Assembly (NCBI RefSeq): GCF_006345805.1
Contig: NC_043014.1
Span: forward strand, 39,370,001-39,434,000
DNA: 64,000 nucleotides
Source: Octopus sinensis
Taxonomy: Eukaryota
Direction of reading: 5' to 3'
How positions within the stretch are numbered: position 1 is the first letter of the stretch; every line of letters starts with the position of its first letter. The translations under genes and the position numbers were made by a program. This document shows, piece after piece, positions 35,756-48,954 of the stretch. The notes below the pieces were generated by a model. The model had not been told where the DNA came from, did not search any database, and saw nothing but the letters and a program-made list of their open reading frames with translations.

Positions 35756-36151
35756 CTAGCAGTATCGCCCGGCGTTGCTCGGGTTTGTAAGGGAAATAAT
35801 TATATAACCATTTTTAGAGATGTAAAGTATAATAGCCATCTCAATATGGCTAACCACAAAGGGGGAGGGGTGTTACTGTAGCTTTTTACGTTCTGAGATT
35901 TAATAATAAATTTTAGAGAGTTACTTCCCTTATATATGTCAAAAATGGATTAAAAATGGGAAAAATTGATGGTAATTTTTTTTTTAAATCGTAGACTCAT
36001 CGTAGACGCGCGCTAATACCCAGACGGTCTCGAATTGAATCACGACTATAAGAACTACCCGGTTTTGGTTAAACTGCACCGCAAAATGTGGGAGTATTTA
36101 CGAATCTAAATCGTAGAGACAGACACACAAACTCACTTTTATATATAAAGA
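35756..36151 (-). mobile_element. Non-autonomous Helitron (H unit)
   Basis: Minus strand: A|TCTTTATATATAAAAGTG ... CCCGAGCAACGCCGGGCGATACTG CTAG|T. Confidence 0.88.
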
Positions 36152-36213
36152 TTTCCTCTATTTACATATATTGAGGTCTCTTCTTTTCTTTTGTTATCTT
36201 ACTGTTTTTACCA

Positions 36214-36272
<59 letters not shown>

Positions 36273-36382
36273 CAGAGATGTACTTGCATAGCAAGTGACT
36301 TGATCTGAGATCGTGTGCTGGAACGAAACAGTTGCAGCGTTGAAGGTGTTTATAAGCCATTTAAGAAACACACACAAAACCG

Positions 36383-36544
36383 TTAGATTCACTTCACATT
36401 TAAATTTAATTTAATTTGTCAAAATATTTTCGTCGCTTTGAGACCGCGACCTGTTAGCACGATATTTTTGTCAGTGAACAGGTCGCGGTCTCAAAGCGAG
36501 GAAAATATTTGGCAAATTAAATTTAAATGTTGAAGTGAATCTAA
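36383..36544. repeat. Near-perfect hairpin (about 70-bp arms, 21-bp loop)
   Basis: 36383-36455 is the near reverse complement of 36477-36544. Confidence 0.85.
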
Positions 36545-36949
36545 CTTTTTGTGTGTTTCTTAATGGCTTACAAACACCTTCCACGCTGCAATATATATAT
36601 ACACACATATATATATATGTATGTATGTATTATGTGTGTATATGTGTATGCATGTATGTGTGTGTTGTGTGCGTGTCTGTGCTTGTGATTGTCCTCCACC
36701 ACTGCTTGACAACGAATGTTGGTTTGTTTACAATCCCTGTCACCTAGTGGTTTGATAAAGGAAACAGATAGAATAAGTACAATGCTTACAAAATAAACGA
36801 GTTGATTCATTAAACTACAATTCTTCAAGGCATTGCCCCAGCATGGCCACAGACCAATGGCTGGAAAAAGCAGAAGAATAAAAGAATACATTCTCTGCTT
36901 TGGTCTTATGTTCAAGGCATGAGAAAGCTTGAGTTTACATGAGAAGGCC

Positions 36950-37240
36950 TAACAGACCTGGTAGAAACAGCAGCCAAATCTCCCTCAAATCACACCTTAC
37001 TGTCTTATGTATGTATATATATATGAGCCAATGAGGGGGACCTCTACATGGTAGCTAGACCTGGTAGAAATAGCAGCCAAATTTCCCCCAAATCACACCT
37101 TACTGTCTTATCTATGTATATATATTATGTATGAGCCTATGAGGGAGATCCCTACATGGCAGCTAGACATGGTAGAAATAGCAGCCAAATCTCCCTCAAA
37201 TCACACCTTACTGTCTTATGTATGTATATATATATATATA
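36950..37240 (+). repeat. About 105-bp tandem repeat x3, SINE-tail-like
   Basis: GGTAGAAATAGCAGCCAAATCTCCCTCAAATCACACCTTACTGTCTTAT occurs three times. Confidence 0.85.
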
Positions 37241-37269
37241 TATACAAGCCACTACGGTTATTTAATGTA

Positions 37270-40200
37270 AAGTCTTCCTCAAATCACTCTCGCTATTTAC
37301 TCTCTTCCAAGAACATTTTCACTCACTCTTATCTCTTAGCTTGCCATACATTTTACTCATGTATCTATCAGCGTGATAGACAGAAACAAATATTACAACA
37401 TCGCCATCGCCATCGCATTCTATTGTCTACTGTCTACCCAACACACACACAGTGAATTACTTTCATTTTATTCGTTGCACACTGTGTGTGTGTGCGTGTG
37501 CGTGTGGTGTAACCACATTAAGAAAAGCATTTGACATACACACCAGAATGTGAGTTTTCTGTAAATTTTGCTTAATTGGAGTTTAAATTTAAAAACTGGA
37601 CCTGGCATGACTCGATGCATTCTACTCTTAAAAATGCTAGGTAAATTGTAATTGAAGAAATCCTATATTGTAGATTTCTATAACTGACAAAGGGAGGCAG
37701 ATAAAATCTGCCTTTTATAATAAGACTAGCAGTATCGCCCGGCGTTGCTCGTTTGTAAGGGAAATAACTATATAAGCATTTTTTAGAGAGTTATAGCCAA
37801 AAAATAGCAAAAAAATGCATTAAAAATTGAAAAAAAATTAAGGTAAATTTTTTTTAAATCGTTGACACATCGTAGATATTTTTAGAGTTTACTTCCCTTA
37901 TATAAAAGCGAAAAAAATGCATTAAAATGGAAAAATATGATGGTAAATTTTTTTTAAATCGTAGACTCATCGTAGACCACGCTATACCCAGAAGGGCTCG
38001 ATATGAATCACGACTATAAGATACCCGCTTTGGTTAAACTGCACCGCAAAATGTGGGAGTAGTTAGGAATCTAAATCGTAGGAGACAGACACACAACTTC
38101 ACTCTATATAAAGATGCTTTTTTTTTTTCAGTGATAGAGTTAGATTTATGAAGGTCTTCAGTAGAAAATCCTTCGAATTCTGACCTCGCTGCTTGATATA
38201 ATGAAATTCGTATCCATTTTTTGTCAGAAATACAAATTTTGAAAAGACAATAGAACAAATTTCGGAAAAGAATCTCCCATAATTCACGGAATTAAAATTA
38301 CAGTTCGATTTTTGTACAAAACTGTAGTTGAAGTGTTTACGAAGTATAATACGTGTTTTCACGAATGTACTAAAGAGATTTGCTCTGATATTCTCATTTA
38401 AATATGAATAGGTAAATTCGGGCGGCTGGTAACTATATATAAGTGTCGTCTGTTTATACATAACACTGTTTCATACTGCAATTATATATACATATATCTA
38501 TATATATTTATATAATAAAATATAACAGAGTAAAATAAAAACCAATTTACCTTTTCTGTCCGTACGTGTGTCTTTAAATGTGTTGGAATGATAAGTGAGT
38601 TGAGTTTTGGCGCCTTTTTACTAATAACAAACACACACGTGTTTGTATGTATATGTATGTGTATGTAGTTGTATGTAGTTGTATATGTATGTGTATGCGT
38701 GTGGTGTGAGGAATGACACACACACACTCACGCACGCACACATGTACATCAATGCTTTCGGAGTGATATGTTAAAATATTGAGTTTTCTCGAATTTTGTC
38801 TTAATTGGTGGTAAAATTGAAAGAAATTTTTTATGGCGTCACCCACTGAAGTACTCTGAAAAATCTTAGGTAAATTCTAATTGAAGAGAAATTGTGTGAG
38901 GAGTAAATGGTTATGTATTTATTTGTTTCTGTTTGCTGTGTTTTTTTATTTTTAGTAGTGGTTTAAATACTTTCAGTTTAGTCTTCCTCAAATCACTCTG
39001 TCGCTATTACTTTCATTTTATTCGTTGCACACTGTGTGTGTGCGTTTGCGTGGTGGTGTAAACCAGACTAAGAAAAGCATTTGACACACACACCAGAATG
39101 TGAGTTTTCTGTAAATTTTGCTTAATTTGAGTTTAAATTTAAAACTGGACCTGGCATGACGCGATGCATTGTTACTCTTAAAAATGCTAGGTAAATTGTA
39201 ATTGAAGAAATCCTATATTGTAGATTTGTATAACTCCCAAGGGAGGCAGATAAAATCTGCCTTTTATAATAAGACTAGCAGTATCGCCCGGCGTTGCTCG
39301 GGTTTGTAAGGGAAATAACTATATAAGCATTTTTAGAGAGTTATAGCCAAAAGATAGCAAAAAATGCATTAAAAATCGTTGACTCATCGTAGACATTTTT
39401 AGAGAGTTACTTCCCTTATATAATAGCGAAAAAATGCATTAAAATGGAAAAAAAACGAATGGTAAATTTTTTTTCAATCGTAGACTCATGTAGACGCTTT
39501 CTTAGCCATTTCTGTTTTGGTGTCTTCAAGCCATGAAGTCGTTGTTCTAAAAGAACACTGGTCTCCTTGACAACGCATTACGACTTTGATTTCCTTACAC
39601 TCCCTTCCCCACAGGTGCAGGTGTGAGCGTGGACGCCAACTCCGCCCGCCCCGACACACGAAAAATTATGCATTAAAATGGAATAAAAAATGATGTTAAA
39701 TTATTTTTAAAAAATCGTAGACTCATTGTAGACGCGCGCTAATATTCAGACGGGCTTGATATGAATCACGACTATAACTACCCGAATTTGGTTAAACTGT
39801 ACCGCAAAATGTGGGAGTAGTTAGGAATCTAAATCGAAGGGGACAGACACTCACAACTACAGTTTTATATATATAGATATACATAGCGCAGTAGTGGTGA
39901 GATATGACAGCAAAGAAAAGCATACATTCACTCTCTGCATGCAATTAGACTCGGAAAGTTTGTGAGGAACCCATTGACCCAATTTGCTGACTTTCCGATA
40001 GCACACAGGTGTCAATGAATGGTTGAATGACCAATCCAAGCTCTCTGCTAGTTCCTCAACAGTTACGATGATTTTTGTTCCCACAGGGTTTTCAGGATGT
40101 CCTTGTCGAGTTCTACAGATCTTTCAGGATGAGGCTCGTCTTCTAGGCTGTAGTTTATGGCTCGGGATTTCTGGAACCACCATTGACACTGCCTTACGCT

Positions 40201-40308
40201 TATTGTCCAATCCCCCTATACTGCATAATATTTCTTGTACTTTGCACACATTTATATTCTGTTATTTTCTTTATATGTTTCAGCCTTGAGGTTGTGGCCA
40301 TGCTGGAT

Positions 40309-40352
<44 letters not shown>

Positions 40353-41054
40353 ATCTGTCTGTCTGTCTGTATGTATATATGTATATGTATGTGTGTGAAC
40401 AATAATATTTTCAACAGATGTGTTGCAAATGTATCTGATTGTTCTCAAGCTTCAATACTCTGTGTGTGTGTATGTGTGTGTGTGTATGTATGTATGTATA
40501 TGTATGTATGTATATGTATGTATGTATGTATATGTATGTATGTATGTGTGTGTGTATGTATGTGTGTGTGTATGTGTATGTATGTATGTATGTATGTATG
40601 TATGTATGTATGTATGTATGTATGTATGAGTGTATGTTACTTTATTACTAATTACTCTCTTCCAAGACATTTCACTCACTCTTAGCTCTTAGCTTCCCAT
40701 ACATTTTACTCATGTATCTATCAACGTCATAGACAGAATACTTTCACTTTAGTCTTCCTCAAATCACTCTGTCGCTATTTACTTTCATTATTTCGTTGCC
40801 CACTGTGTGTGTGCGTTTGCGTGTGGTGTAAACCAGACTGAGAAAAGCATTTGACACACACACCAGAATGTGAGTTTTCTGTAAATTTTGCTTAATTGGA
40901 GTTTTAAATTTTAAAAACTGGACCTGGCATGACGCGATGCATTGTACTCTTAAAACTGCTAGGTATTGTAATTGAAGAAATCCTATATTGTAGATTTGTA
41001 TAACTCCCAAAGGGAGGCAGATAAAATCTGCCTTTTATAATAAGAGAATATATA

Positions 41055-41089
<35 letters not shown>

Positions 41090-42408
41090 CTACTAATATA
41101 GGATGAAGTTTTTTCTCTACAGAAAAAAATTCCATCAAGAAATGTGGCAGCATATTTAAATACCTTTACGGTTAAAATTATAAATAAGGGCTAAAGAAAA
41201 TGATTTCAATGCAATAATTTTCTTTAGCCCTATATATATATACTAGCAGTATCGCCCGGCGTTGCTCGGTTTGTAAGGGAAATAACTAATAAGCATTTTT
41301 AGAGAGTAATAGCCTAAAAATTGTGCAAAAAATGCATTAAAAATTGAAAAAAAAATTAAGGTAAATTTTTTTTTAAATCGTTGACACATCGTAGATATTT
41401 TTAGAGAGTTACTTCCCTTATATAAAAGCGAAAAAATGCATTAAAATGGAAAAATATGATGGTAATTTTTTTTTAAAATCGTAGACTCATCGTAGACGCG
41501 CGCTAACCCCAAAGGGCTCGATATGAATCACGACTATAAGATACCCCCGATTTTGGTTAACTGCACGCGCAAAATGTGGGAGTAGTTACGAATCTAAATC
41601 GAAGGGGACAGACACACACTTCACTCTTATATAAAGATGCTTTTTTTTTTCAGTGATAGAGTTAGATTTATGAAGGTCTTCAGTAGAAAATCCTTCGAAT
41701 TCTGACTCGCTGCTTGATTAATGAAATTCGTATCCATTTTTTGTCAGAATTACAAATTTTGAAAAGACAATAGGAACAAATTTCGGAAAAAAATCTCCCA
41801 TAATTCACGGAATTAAAATTACACTTTGATTTTTGTACAAAACTGTATTTGAAGTGTTTACGAAAGTAAATACGTGTTTTCACGAATGTACTAAAGAGAT
41901 TTACTCTGATATTCTCATTTAAATATGAATAGGTAAATTCGGGCGGTTTGGTAACGAAAGGGTTTATATAAGTGTCGTCTGTTTATACATAAACACTGTT
42001 TCATACTTTCAGTTTAGTCTTCCTCAAATCACTCTGTCGCTAATTTACTCTCTTCCAAGAACATTTTCACTCACTGTTATCTGTTAGCTTCCCATACATT
42101 TTACTCATGTATCTATCAGCGTGATAGAGAGAAACAAATATTACATCTAGTTTCACTTTATTCGTTGCCCCTGTATGTGTGCGTTTGCGTGTGGTGTAAA
42201 CAGACTAAGAAAAGCATTTGACACACACACCAGAATGTGATTTCTGTAAATTTTGCTTAATGGAGTTTAAATTTTAAAAAACTGGACCTGGCATGACGCG
42301 ATGCATTGTACTCTTAAAAATGCCAGGTAAATTGTAATTGAAGAAATCCTATATTGTAGATTTGTATAACTCCCAAAGGGAGGCAGATAAAATCTGCCTT
42401 TTATAATA

Positions 42409-42411
<3 letters not shown>
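37270..42411 (-). mobile_element. Array of composite non-autonomous Helitrons (B, C and H modules)
   Basis: H units at 37726-38114, 39275-39877 and 41243-41637 with CTAG ends. B modules ending TTTTATAATAAGA at 37270-37725, 38975-39274, 40745-41045 and 42006-42411. C modules at 38115-38475 and 41638-42005. Confidence 0.82.
39887..40289 (-). mobile_element. Mariner transposase fragment (same family as 50846-51769)
   Basis: VTVEELAE..KVSKLGQWVPHKLSESNCMQRVNVCFSLL; contains the WVPHxL motif. Confidence 0.85.
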
Positions 42412-42442
<31 letters not shown>

Positions 42443-42534
42443 AGAGTTTACGAAAACAAACACAAAAGACGAAGACAGGTGGTGTACAAAACAAACAGAT
42501 GTATTAGTATAACGCTCAGGAATAGAAAAAAAGT

Positions 42535-42570
42535 CTTTTACGTTTCGAGCCTACGCACTTCTACAGAAAG
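42535..42570 (-). ncRNA. Second copy of the CUGUAGA hammerhead-like motif
   Basis: CTTT-CTGTAGA-A-GTGC GTAG GCTC-GAAAC-GTA-AAAG; one stem II mismatch. Confidence 0.5.
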
Positions 42571-43289
42571 GGACACAGAAAAAATAAGGAGAGGAAAAAA
42601 ATGTGTGTAGTGGACTAATGGGTATATGTCAATTAGTGTGTTGATGTGCTGAGTAAAGCACTGGCACGGTTTGGGCCACCTGGTGTCATCTCCAGCTGGA
42701 TCTACTCCAGGAATTCCACAGTGGTAGTTGAGATAATAATAACTGATTAAGTAACCAGAAGATGGATTTGTTATTAGTCTTTATTTTGTTCAACGATCGT
42801 TTCGATCCATCCTTTTACTGTCCCTCATGGGTGGGACTCCGTTCAACATGTGTTGCATACATTTTGTAGTCTGGGTCACATCAAGTACATAAAGTGGTGT
42901 GTCGCTAAAGATTTTGAGTTAGGGCAATCATGTTGTTATTTGCTCGCTCCAGTTAGGGAATCCCTACTATATGTATGAACGTAGTTGATGTGACCCCCAC
43001 ACTGCAAAATGGATGCAACACAACATGATGCATAGAATCCCACCCATAAAGGATAGTAGCAGGATGGGCCGAAACGATCGTCGTATAATATAAAGACCAG
43101 TATCAAATCCATGTTCAGATTCCTTATTTACACAGACACACAGACACACACACACACACGCACGCACGCACACACACACACACACACGCACACACACACA
43201 CACACACACACGCACACACACACACACACACACAGACACACACATACACACAGACTCACACAGACACACACATACACACACGCACACTA

Positions 43290-44368
43290 TCTCTTATCCT
43301 TATAAAAAGCAAAGTTTGTTTGTTTGTACGTTGATCGCCGAAAACACTAAATAAAATGGATAATATTTCAGGTTTTTCGTGCCATTTAAATGAATTTGAC
43401 CATTCCGCGGATAAATGTGCACTTCTTTTCCGAAAACAGACTGGTAAGGATGAGATTGGTGGTGCATTGGTTCCTATTTCTAGCAATCCACGTACTGTCT
43501 ATTTCACCGTAGAGTATATATATCCGTATAAAAAAGCAAATTTTGTTTTTTCGTTGACCGCTGAAAACACTAAATAAAATTGATAATATTTCAGGTTTTT
43601 CGTGTCATTTAAATTAACTTGACCATTCCACAGATAAATGTGCCTTTCTTTTTCCAAAACGGAATGGGTGGAGGTGGGGCTGGGTTGTTAGTGCATTGGT
43701 TCCTATTTCTAGCAATCCACGTGCTGTCTATTTCACAGTAATACTTTTTACGGAGTGAAAAATACTTCACCTATCACTCAACCGACCTCTAATTTTCTCT
43801 AAGTTATACATTGCATTTATTCCTTTGAAGTCGCCGCCGGATCTCAGCTTTCTCTCTATCTATACACCCTTCTTTATGTCTCTATCTCCCCCCTCTCTCT
43901 CGTTGTATATGTGTGTCTCTCTACCTCTACCTCTTTTTCTCTCTTGAGATAAATATGAGACATATAGAAAGCGGGGTTAGGGAGAAAAAAACAAGCAAGA
44001 CACAGGTGAGTGGAGATAGCCACATTTATAAACCTATCGACAAAGCTGTCGATGAGGACGATTCTGTTCATTTTCCTGATGAATTCCTCAACAGTCCGGA
44101 ACCATCCGGTATACCGCCACACAACCTTGAATTGAAGAAGGGCGCAGTCATCATGCTTCTCAAAAACTTGGATCAGCCAAGATTGCGCAATGGTACACAT
44201 ATGGTTGCGACTGAACTACAGCCTCGCCTTAGGCGCAGGAGTGGCTGTGTGGTAAGTAGCTTGCTTACCAACCACATGGTTCCGGGTTCAGTGTCTTCTA
44301 CTATAGCCTCGGGCCGACCAAAACCTTGTGAGTGGATTTGGTAGACGGAAACTGAAAGAAGCCTGTCG

Positions 44369-44436
<68 letters not shown>

Positions 44437-44915
44437 TGTGTGTGTTGTGTGTGTGTTTGTGTCTGTGTTTGTCCCTCCAACATCGCTTGATAACCGATGC
44501 TGGTGTGTTTACATCCCCGTCACTTAGCGGTTCGGCAAAAGAGACCGATAGAATAAGTACTAGGCTTACAAAGAATAAGTTCTGGGGTCGATGTGCTCGA
44601 CTAAAGGCGGTGCTCCAGCATGACCGTAGTCAAATGACTGAAACAAGCAAAAGAGTAAAAGAGTAAAGAGTTATCAAAGCAAAAGTCCTCACTGGCTGTG
44701 GTAAGGGAGACATTGTATTCATACGTAGAATACCACTAATACCAACAGATGTCCCCTTTCGTTTCAAGCGATTGCAATTCCCAATGAGGGTCAGTTACGC
44801 AAGTCATAAAGTAAAACACTGGAGATTGTCGGTCTCCGTCTAGAAGAGGGCTGTTTCTCACATGGTCAATTGCATGTAGGTTGTTCCAGAGTGGGAAGCC
44901 CACAGATTCTTCATA
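43290..44915 (+). mobile_element. Helitron remnant with PIF1-type helicase C-terminus, split by a SINE
   Basis: 5' A|TCTCTTATCCTTATAAAAAG; IYKPIDKAVDEDDSVHFPDEFLNSPEPSGIPPHNLELKKGAVIMLLKNLDQPRLRNGT..LQPRL / IKAKVLTGCGKGD..RLQFP..CFSHGQLHVGCSRV. Confidence 0.88.
44232..44670 (+). mobile_element. SINE family 2 inserted in the helicase frame
   Basis: Removing it (with one TTA) restores CCT CGC CTT ATC AAA GCA (PRLIKA). Confidence 0.88.
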
Positions 44916-44933
44916 TATGCATGAGTGGCTGTG

Positions 44934-45380
44934 TTAGGCGAAGGAGTGGCTGCGTGGTAAGTTGCTTGCTTACGAACCACATGGTTCTGGGTTCAGTCCC
45001 ACTGCGTGGCACCTTGGGCAAATGTCTTCTACTATAGCCTCGGGCTGACCAAAGCCTTGTGAGTGGATTTGGTAGACGGAAACTGAAAGAAGCCCGTCGT
45101 ATATATGTATGTATGTGTGTGTGTGTGTGTGTGTGTGTGAGTGTGTGTGTGTGTGTGAGAGTGTGTGTGTGTATATTTGTGTATCTGTGCTTGTTCCCTC
45201 AACATCGCTTGACAACCGACGCTGGTGTGTTTACGTCCCCGTCACTTAGCAGTTCGGCAAGAGAACCCGATAGAATAAGTACTAGGCTTATAAAGAATAA
45301 GTCTTGGGGTCGATTTGCTCGACTAAAGGCGGTGCTCCAGCATGGCCGGAGTCAAATCACTGAAACAAATAAAAAAAAAC
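44934..45380 (+). mobile_element. SINE family 2 with internal (TG)n
   Basis: Same head, body and tail as 44232-44670. Confidence 0.88.
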
Positions 45381-45435
45381 AAATACGTTCCAAAGAAAAA
45401 TGTTTAAAACATTGTATATACTGAGGTTTTGTAAA

Positions 45436-47426
45436 TCTCTCTCTATATAAACGGCAGTTTGTCTGTGTGTTTCTGTGTGTCTGTTTGGTTGTACCCTCAA
45501 CCTGACCACGGCTTTCAACCGATTCTGATGAAACTTGACACACACATAGCCCAATGTCATAATTCAAAACTAACGCAGCGAAAATTTTGAAAAGTTCCCC
45601 CAGTTCTGAAAAAAATTGATAAATTCGACATGGGGTCGAGAATTAGAAACACAAACCACAGACTGTCTAGGGGACGCACTCGGCCTTTTTAACTCTGACC
45701 TACCAATCCACTTCAGGCGTTCTCAGTTTCCTGTTAAACTCTGCTTCGCAATGTCCATCAATAAATCCCAAGGCCAAACGCTACAGTCGCTGGTTACATT
45801 TGGGCGAACAGTGCTTCGCCCACGGTCAACTCTACGTGGGCTGTTCACGCGTTGGGAGGCGCAATGATGTTTTCATGTTTTCGCCCAAACGGACAGCTAG
45901 GAACATCGTATACACAGAAGTATTCGAGTGAAGAGAAGACATTGCAACCTACAAAATCGATAAACTCGGCATGGGGTCGAGAATCTAAGCTTTTTATATG
46001 CAACACATTATCTATGGTAGTTTTCGCAACTTGCAATCGATTTTCTCAAAACTCATGGGGAAGCTTAATGTTACCCTAAGAAACTCAATTCTGACGTTAG
46101 TTTTCCATGCAATACCTTACCATCAGAAACAATCGATAAAATCATGCCATTTTGGGAAATCTCGTTCAAATTCAAGATGACATATTTTCGACAATATCTT
46201 TCACAAATTGGCAGGAATTTTTTTTTTTATTCACAGCGAGCATCATGTCTGCTCCAAGGAACTATATAGCCCTTTTTATTCCAATAGGATACATTATTGG
46301 AAAAAATCGGTTAATTAAATCATATGTGGCACATAGCAAACCGATTTGTGTATTAAACACAAACCAGACTGTCTAGGGGACGCAACTCGACCTTTTTAGC
46401 TATCGATAATTCGATCCAACCAATTCCTACCAGGAAGAAATTACATTCGAGACTTCACCCCCACACCACCACTTCTGCTAATAGCTGCTGCAGCCCCAAG
46501 TTATTCGAATACTTTTTTTGTTTACACTTTCTTTATAACTACCACCCCAACGTTTTACCTTAAATTTTTGACGTACCCTAAGGGTCCTCGGACGCTACTT
46601 GCAAACTCTTGGTTTATTATAAACCGCTTTTGTCGTGTGCATCGAAAAACCTTTTCCATTCGTTTGTTCAGTTTGGTCACTTTTGACTTTTTCGTTAGGC
46701 AGAGCTATTCTAGCACCCAAAAATACAACCGTCAACTCCATCAATATCCAGGTACTTGAAGCTATTCCTGGTGATGTCCACGTCTACAAATCTATAGATA
46801 GGACAGCAGACCCCGCCGAGCTTGCCGATTATCCTGTTGAATTCCTGAATTCACTTGAACCGCCAGGCCTGCCGCCACACATCCTGAAGTTAAAAGTCGG
46901 TGCGCCCATTATGCTCATCAGGAATTTGGTTCCACCTAAACAGTGCAACGGCACACGTTTGGTTGTGAAACATTTGGCACCACATTTAATAACGGCCACA
47001 ATACTTACCGGTTGTGGGAAGGGAGAGGACGTCTTCATTCCACGGATGCACCTTCAACCGTCGGCGCTGACCTACCAATCCACTTCAGGCGTTCTCAGTT
47101 CCTGTTAAACTCTGCTTCGCAATGTCCATCAATAAATCCCAAGGCCAAACGCTACAAGTCGCTGGGTTACATTTGGGCGAACAGTGCTTCGCCCACGGTC
47201 AACTCTACGTGGGCTGTTCACGCGTTGGGAGGCGCAATGATGTTTTCATGTTTTCGCCCAAAGGGACAGCTAGGAACATCGTATATACAGAAGTATTCCA
47301 GTGAAGACAAGACATTGCAACGTCCACATGCACCTTCGTTCCCTGGAGGGAAAGGACTACATTGGGATTAGTCGTTGCCTACTAGGGGCTCTTACATACC
47401 CGGGCAACGCCGGGCTATGCTGCTAG
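45436..47426 (+). mobile_element. Internally deleted Helitron with intact ends and helicase remnants
   Basis: A|TCTCTCTCTATATAAACGG 5' end; CCCGG-GCAACG-CCGGG hairpin at 47399-47414; CTAG|T at 47423-47426. RAILAPKN..YPVEFLNSLEPPGLPPHILKLKVGAPIMLIRNL..CNGTRL and FAMSINKSQGQTL..CFAHGQLYVGCSRV, with a frameshift near 47050. Confidence 0.92.
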
Positions 47427-47649
47427 TGTGTTATAATTTTCGTACAATACATTTCTCTGTTATTATCTATATTACTTTCCGTATCTCGATATTCTAAATA
47501 AATTTGTAAAATTATGTTATGCAACATTTAAATACTTTTTAACAATTTTTCTTGTAAGGAAAATGGGCATTATGATAGTTGCCAATATGTGCCTTATGAA
47601 TACATTTCAACACCGGGCCGAAGGCCGGGGGGCCCGCTAGTATATACTT

Positions 47650-48050
47650 ACTTACTTGTACTTGTGGCGACATTCACCTTGGGCGGGTTGAGTCGGCTTC
47701 TTCTACCACCCTCGAGGCATCTCGAACCATGGCGGTGGAAGAAGTTTCGTGGGAATATGTGGATTTCACAAGCGGTCCCCAACAATCCCGCATGTAGAGA
47801 CATCCTGTTTGCCGCAGATTGTCCGCAGACGCAGGGATAGAACGACCGAGGAGCCGCCGGTTGCCGAAACAGACACTCCGAGGATTTTCACCAGGTCTGC
47901 CGGGTTGTGGCCCTAATACCACTCGGTGTCAAACCAATCCGCCTTGGATGGCCCTACCAGGAACCGAAGTTCCCGACGGCATAGCTCTGACACTACCCGT
48001 TGCCAGCGTCCCCACCACGGTGAGGAGGGGATGGATTTTAGGGACAAAAT
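47650..48050 (-). mobile_element. RTE-related short retroelement with (CAAGTA)n-like tail
   Basis: GC-richer body; minus-strand end GTCGCCACAAGTACAAGTAAGTAAGTA resembles RTE tails. Confidence 0.5.
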
Positions 48051-48181
48051 AAGAATGTGCGTGGTGTTACGCTAAATGATATGTTAACAAATTACATTGC
48101 AGAACAACAAGCGGAAAATACACGCATAGATGTTGCTAAACTCTCGTCAGTTATCGTCCAAAGGACGTTTGTTGTGCTTAT

Positions 48182-48215
<34 letters not shown>

Positions 48216-48667
48216 GTAAGGGTAAATGGTAAAGACCCTCACCGGTCATGACTATCCATAGGATTGCACCTAGAAAGTAAACCTCCCAGGCACAAGTCCG
48301 GGCAAGCTTGTTTGTGGAAGACCAGCAGTCGCCCATGCACACCAGCCTCCTATCTCCACGCCACCGATGTTATCCAAAGGAAAGACAAAAGTTGATACAG
48401 CTTGGCACCTGTGATGTCGCAACTCATTTCTACAGCTGAGTGAACTGGAGCAACGTGAAATAAAGTGCCTTGCTCGAGAACACAACTCACAGCTCGGTGC
48501 GAGTCCGCTGCCCTAACCACAGGTGTTGCTGTTGCAGATGTGCAAGATGAAAGAAGAACAGTGAGCGAAGTTGTAAAAGAAATATTTAGTTACTGCTACT
48601 TGATATAATGCCACGCCTCGACGAGCAGGCGTGATATAATTGAAACCGCATGCGAGGTTAAGAAAGT

Positions 48668-48870
48668 GGATCTTTTCACTTTGACCGGCAGATTTTAAAA
48701 ATAATTTCTTTGTAACTAAACACTTTTAAACTTCGTATACTGGTAGTGTATTACATAAAACATCTTGTTCTCTTGGCTTTCTTGAGAAAATTCTGTAGTT
48801 TGTAAGCTATTTGTTGTTTAATTTCTTGCATTTCGGCAATTTCAACCAATCAATGACGTCTATTGAGCTG
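48668..48870 (+). mobile_element. Left half of a sister Merlin-like MITE (GGATCTTTTCACTTTGACCGGCAG)
   Basis: Same TIR as 59627-60142; truncated. Confidence 0.8.
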
Positions 48871-48954
48871 AACAAATAACTATGATTAATAAAATTAAGA
48901 TAGCTTTAAACATTTCAGCTTCTCCAACACTGTGGCGATGAAAGAAAACTTACT

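Noticed and set aside
43913-47304. Host PIF1 helicase gene
   Set aside because: Intronless, frameshifted, only the C-terminal part, and bounded by Helitron TC / hairpin-CTAG termini.
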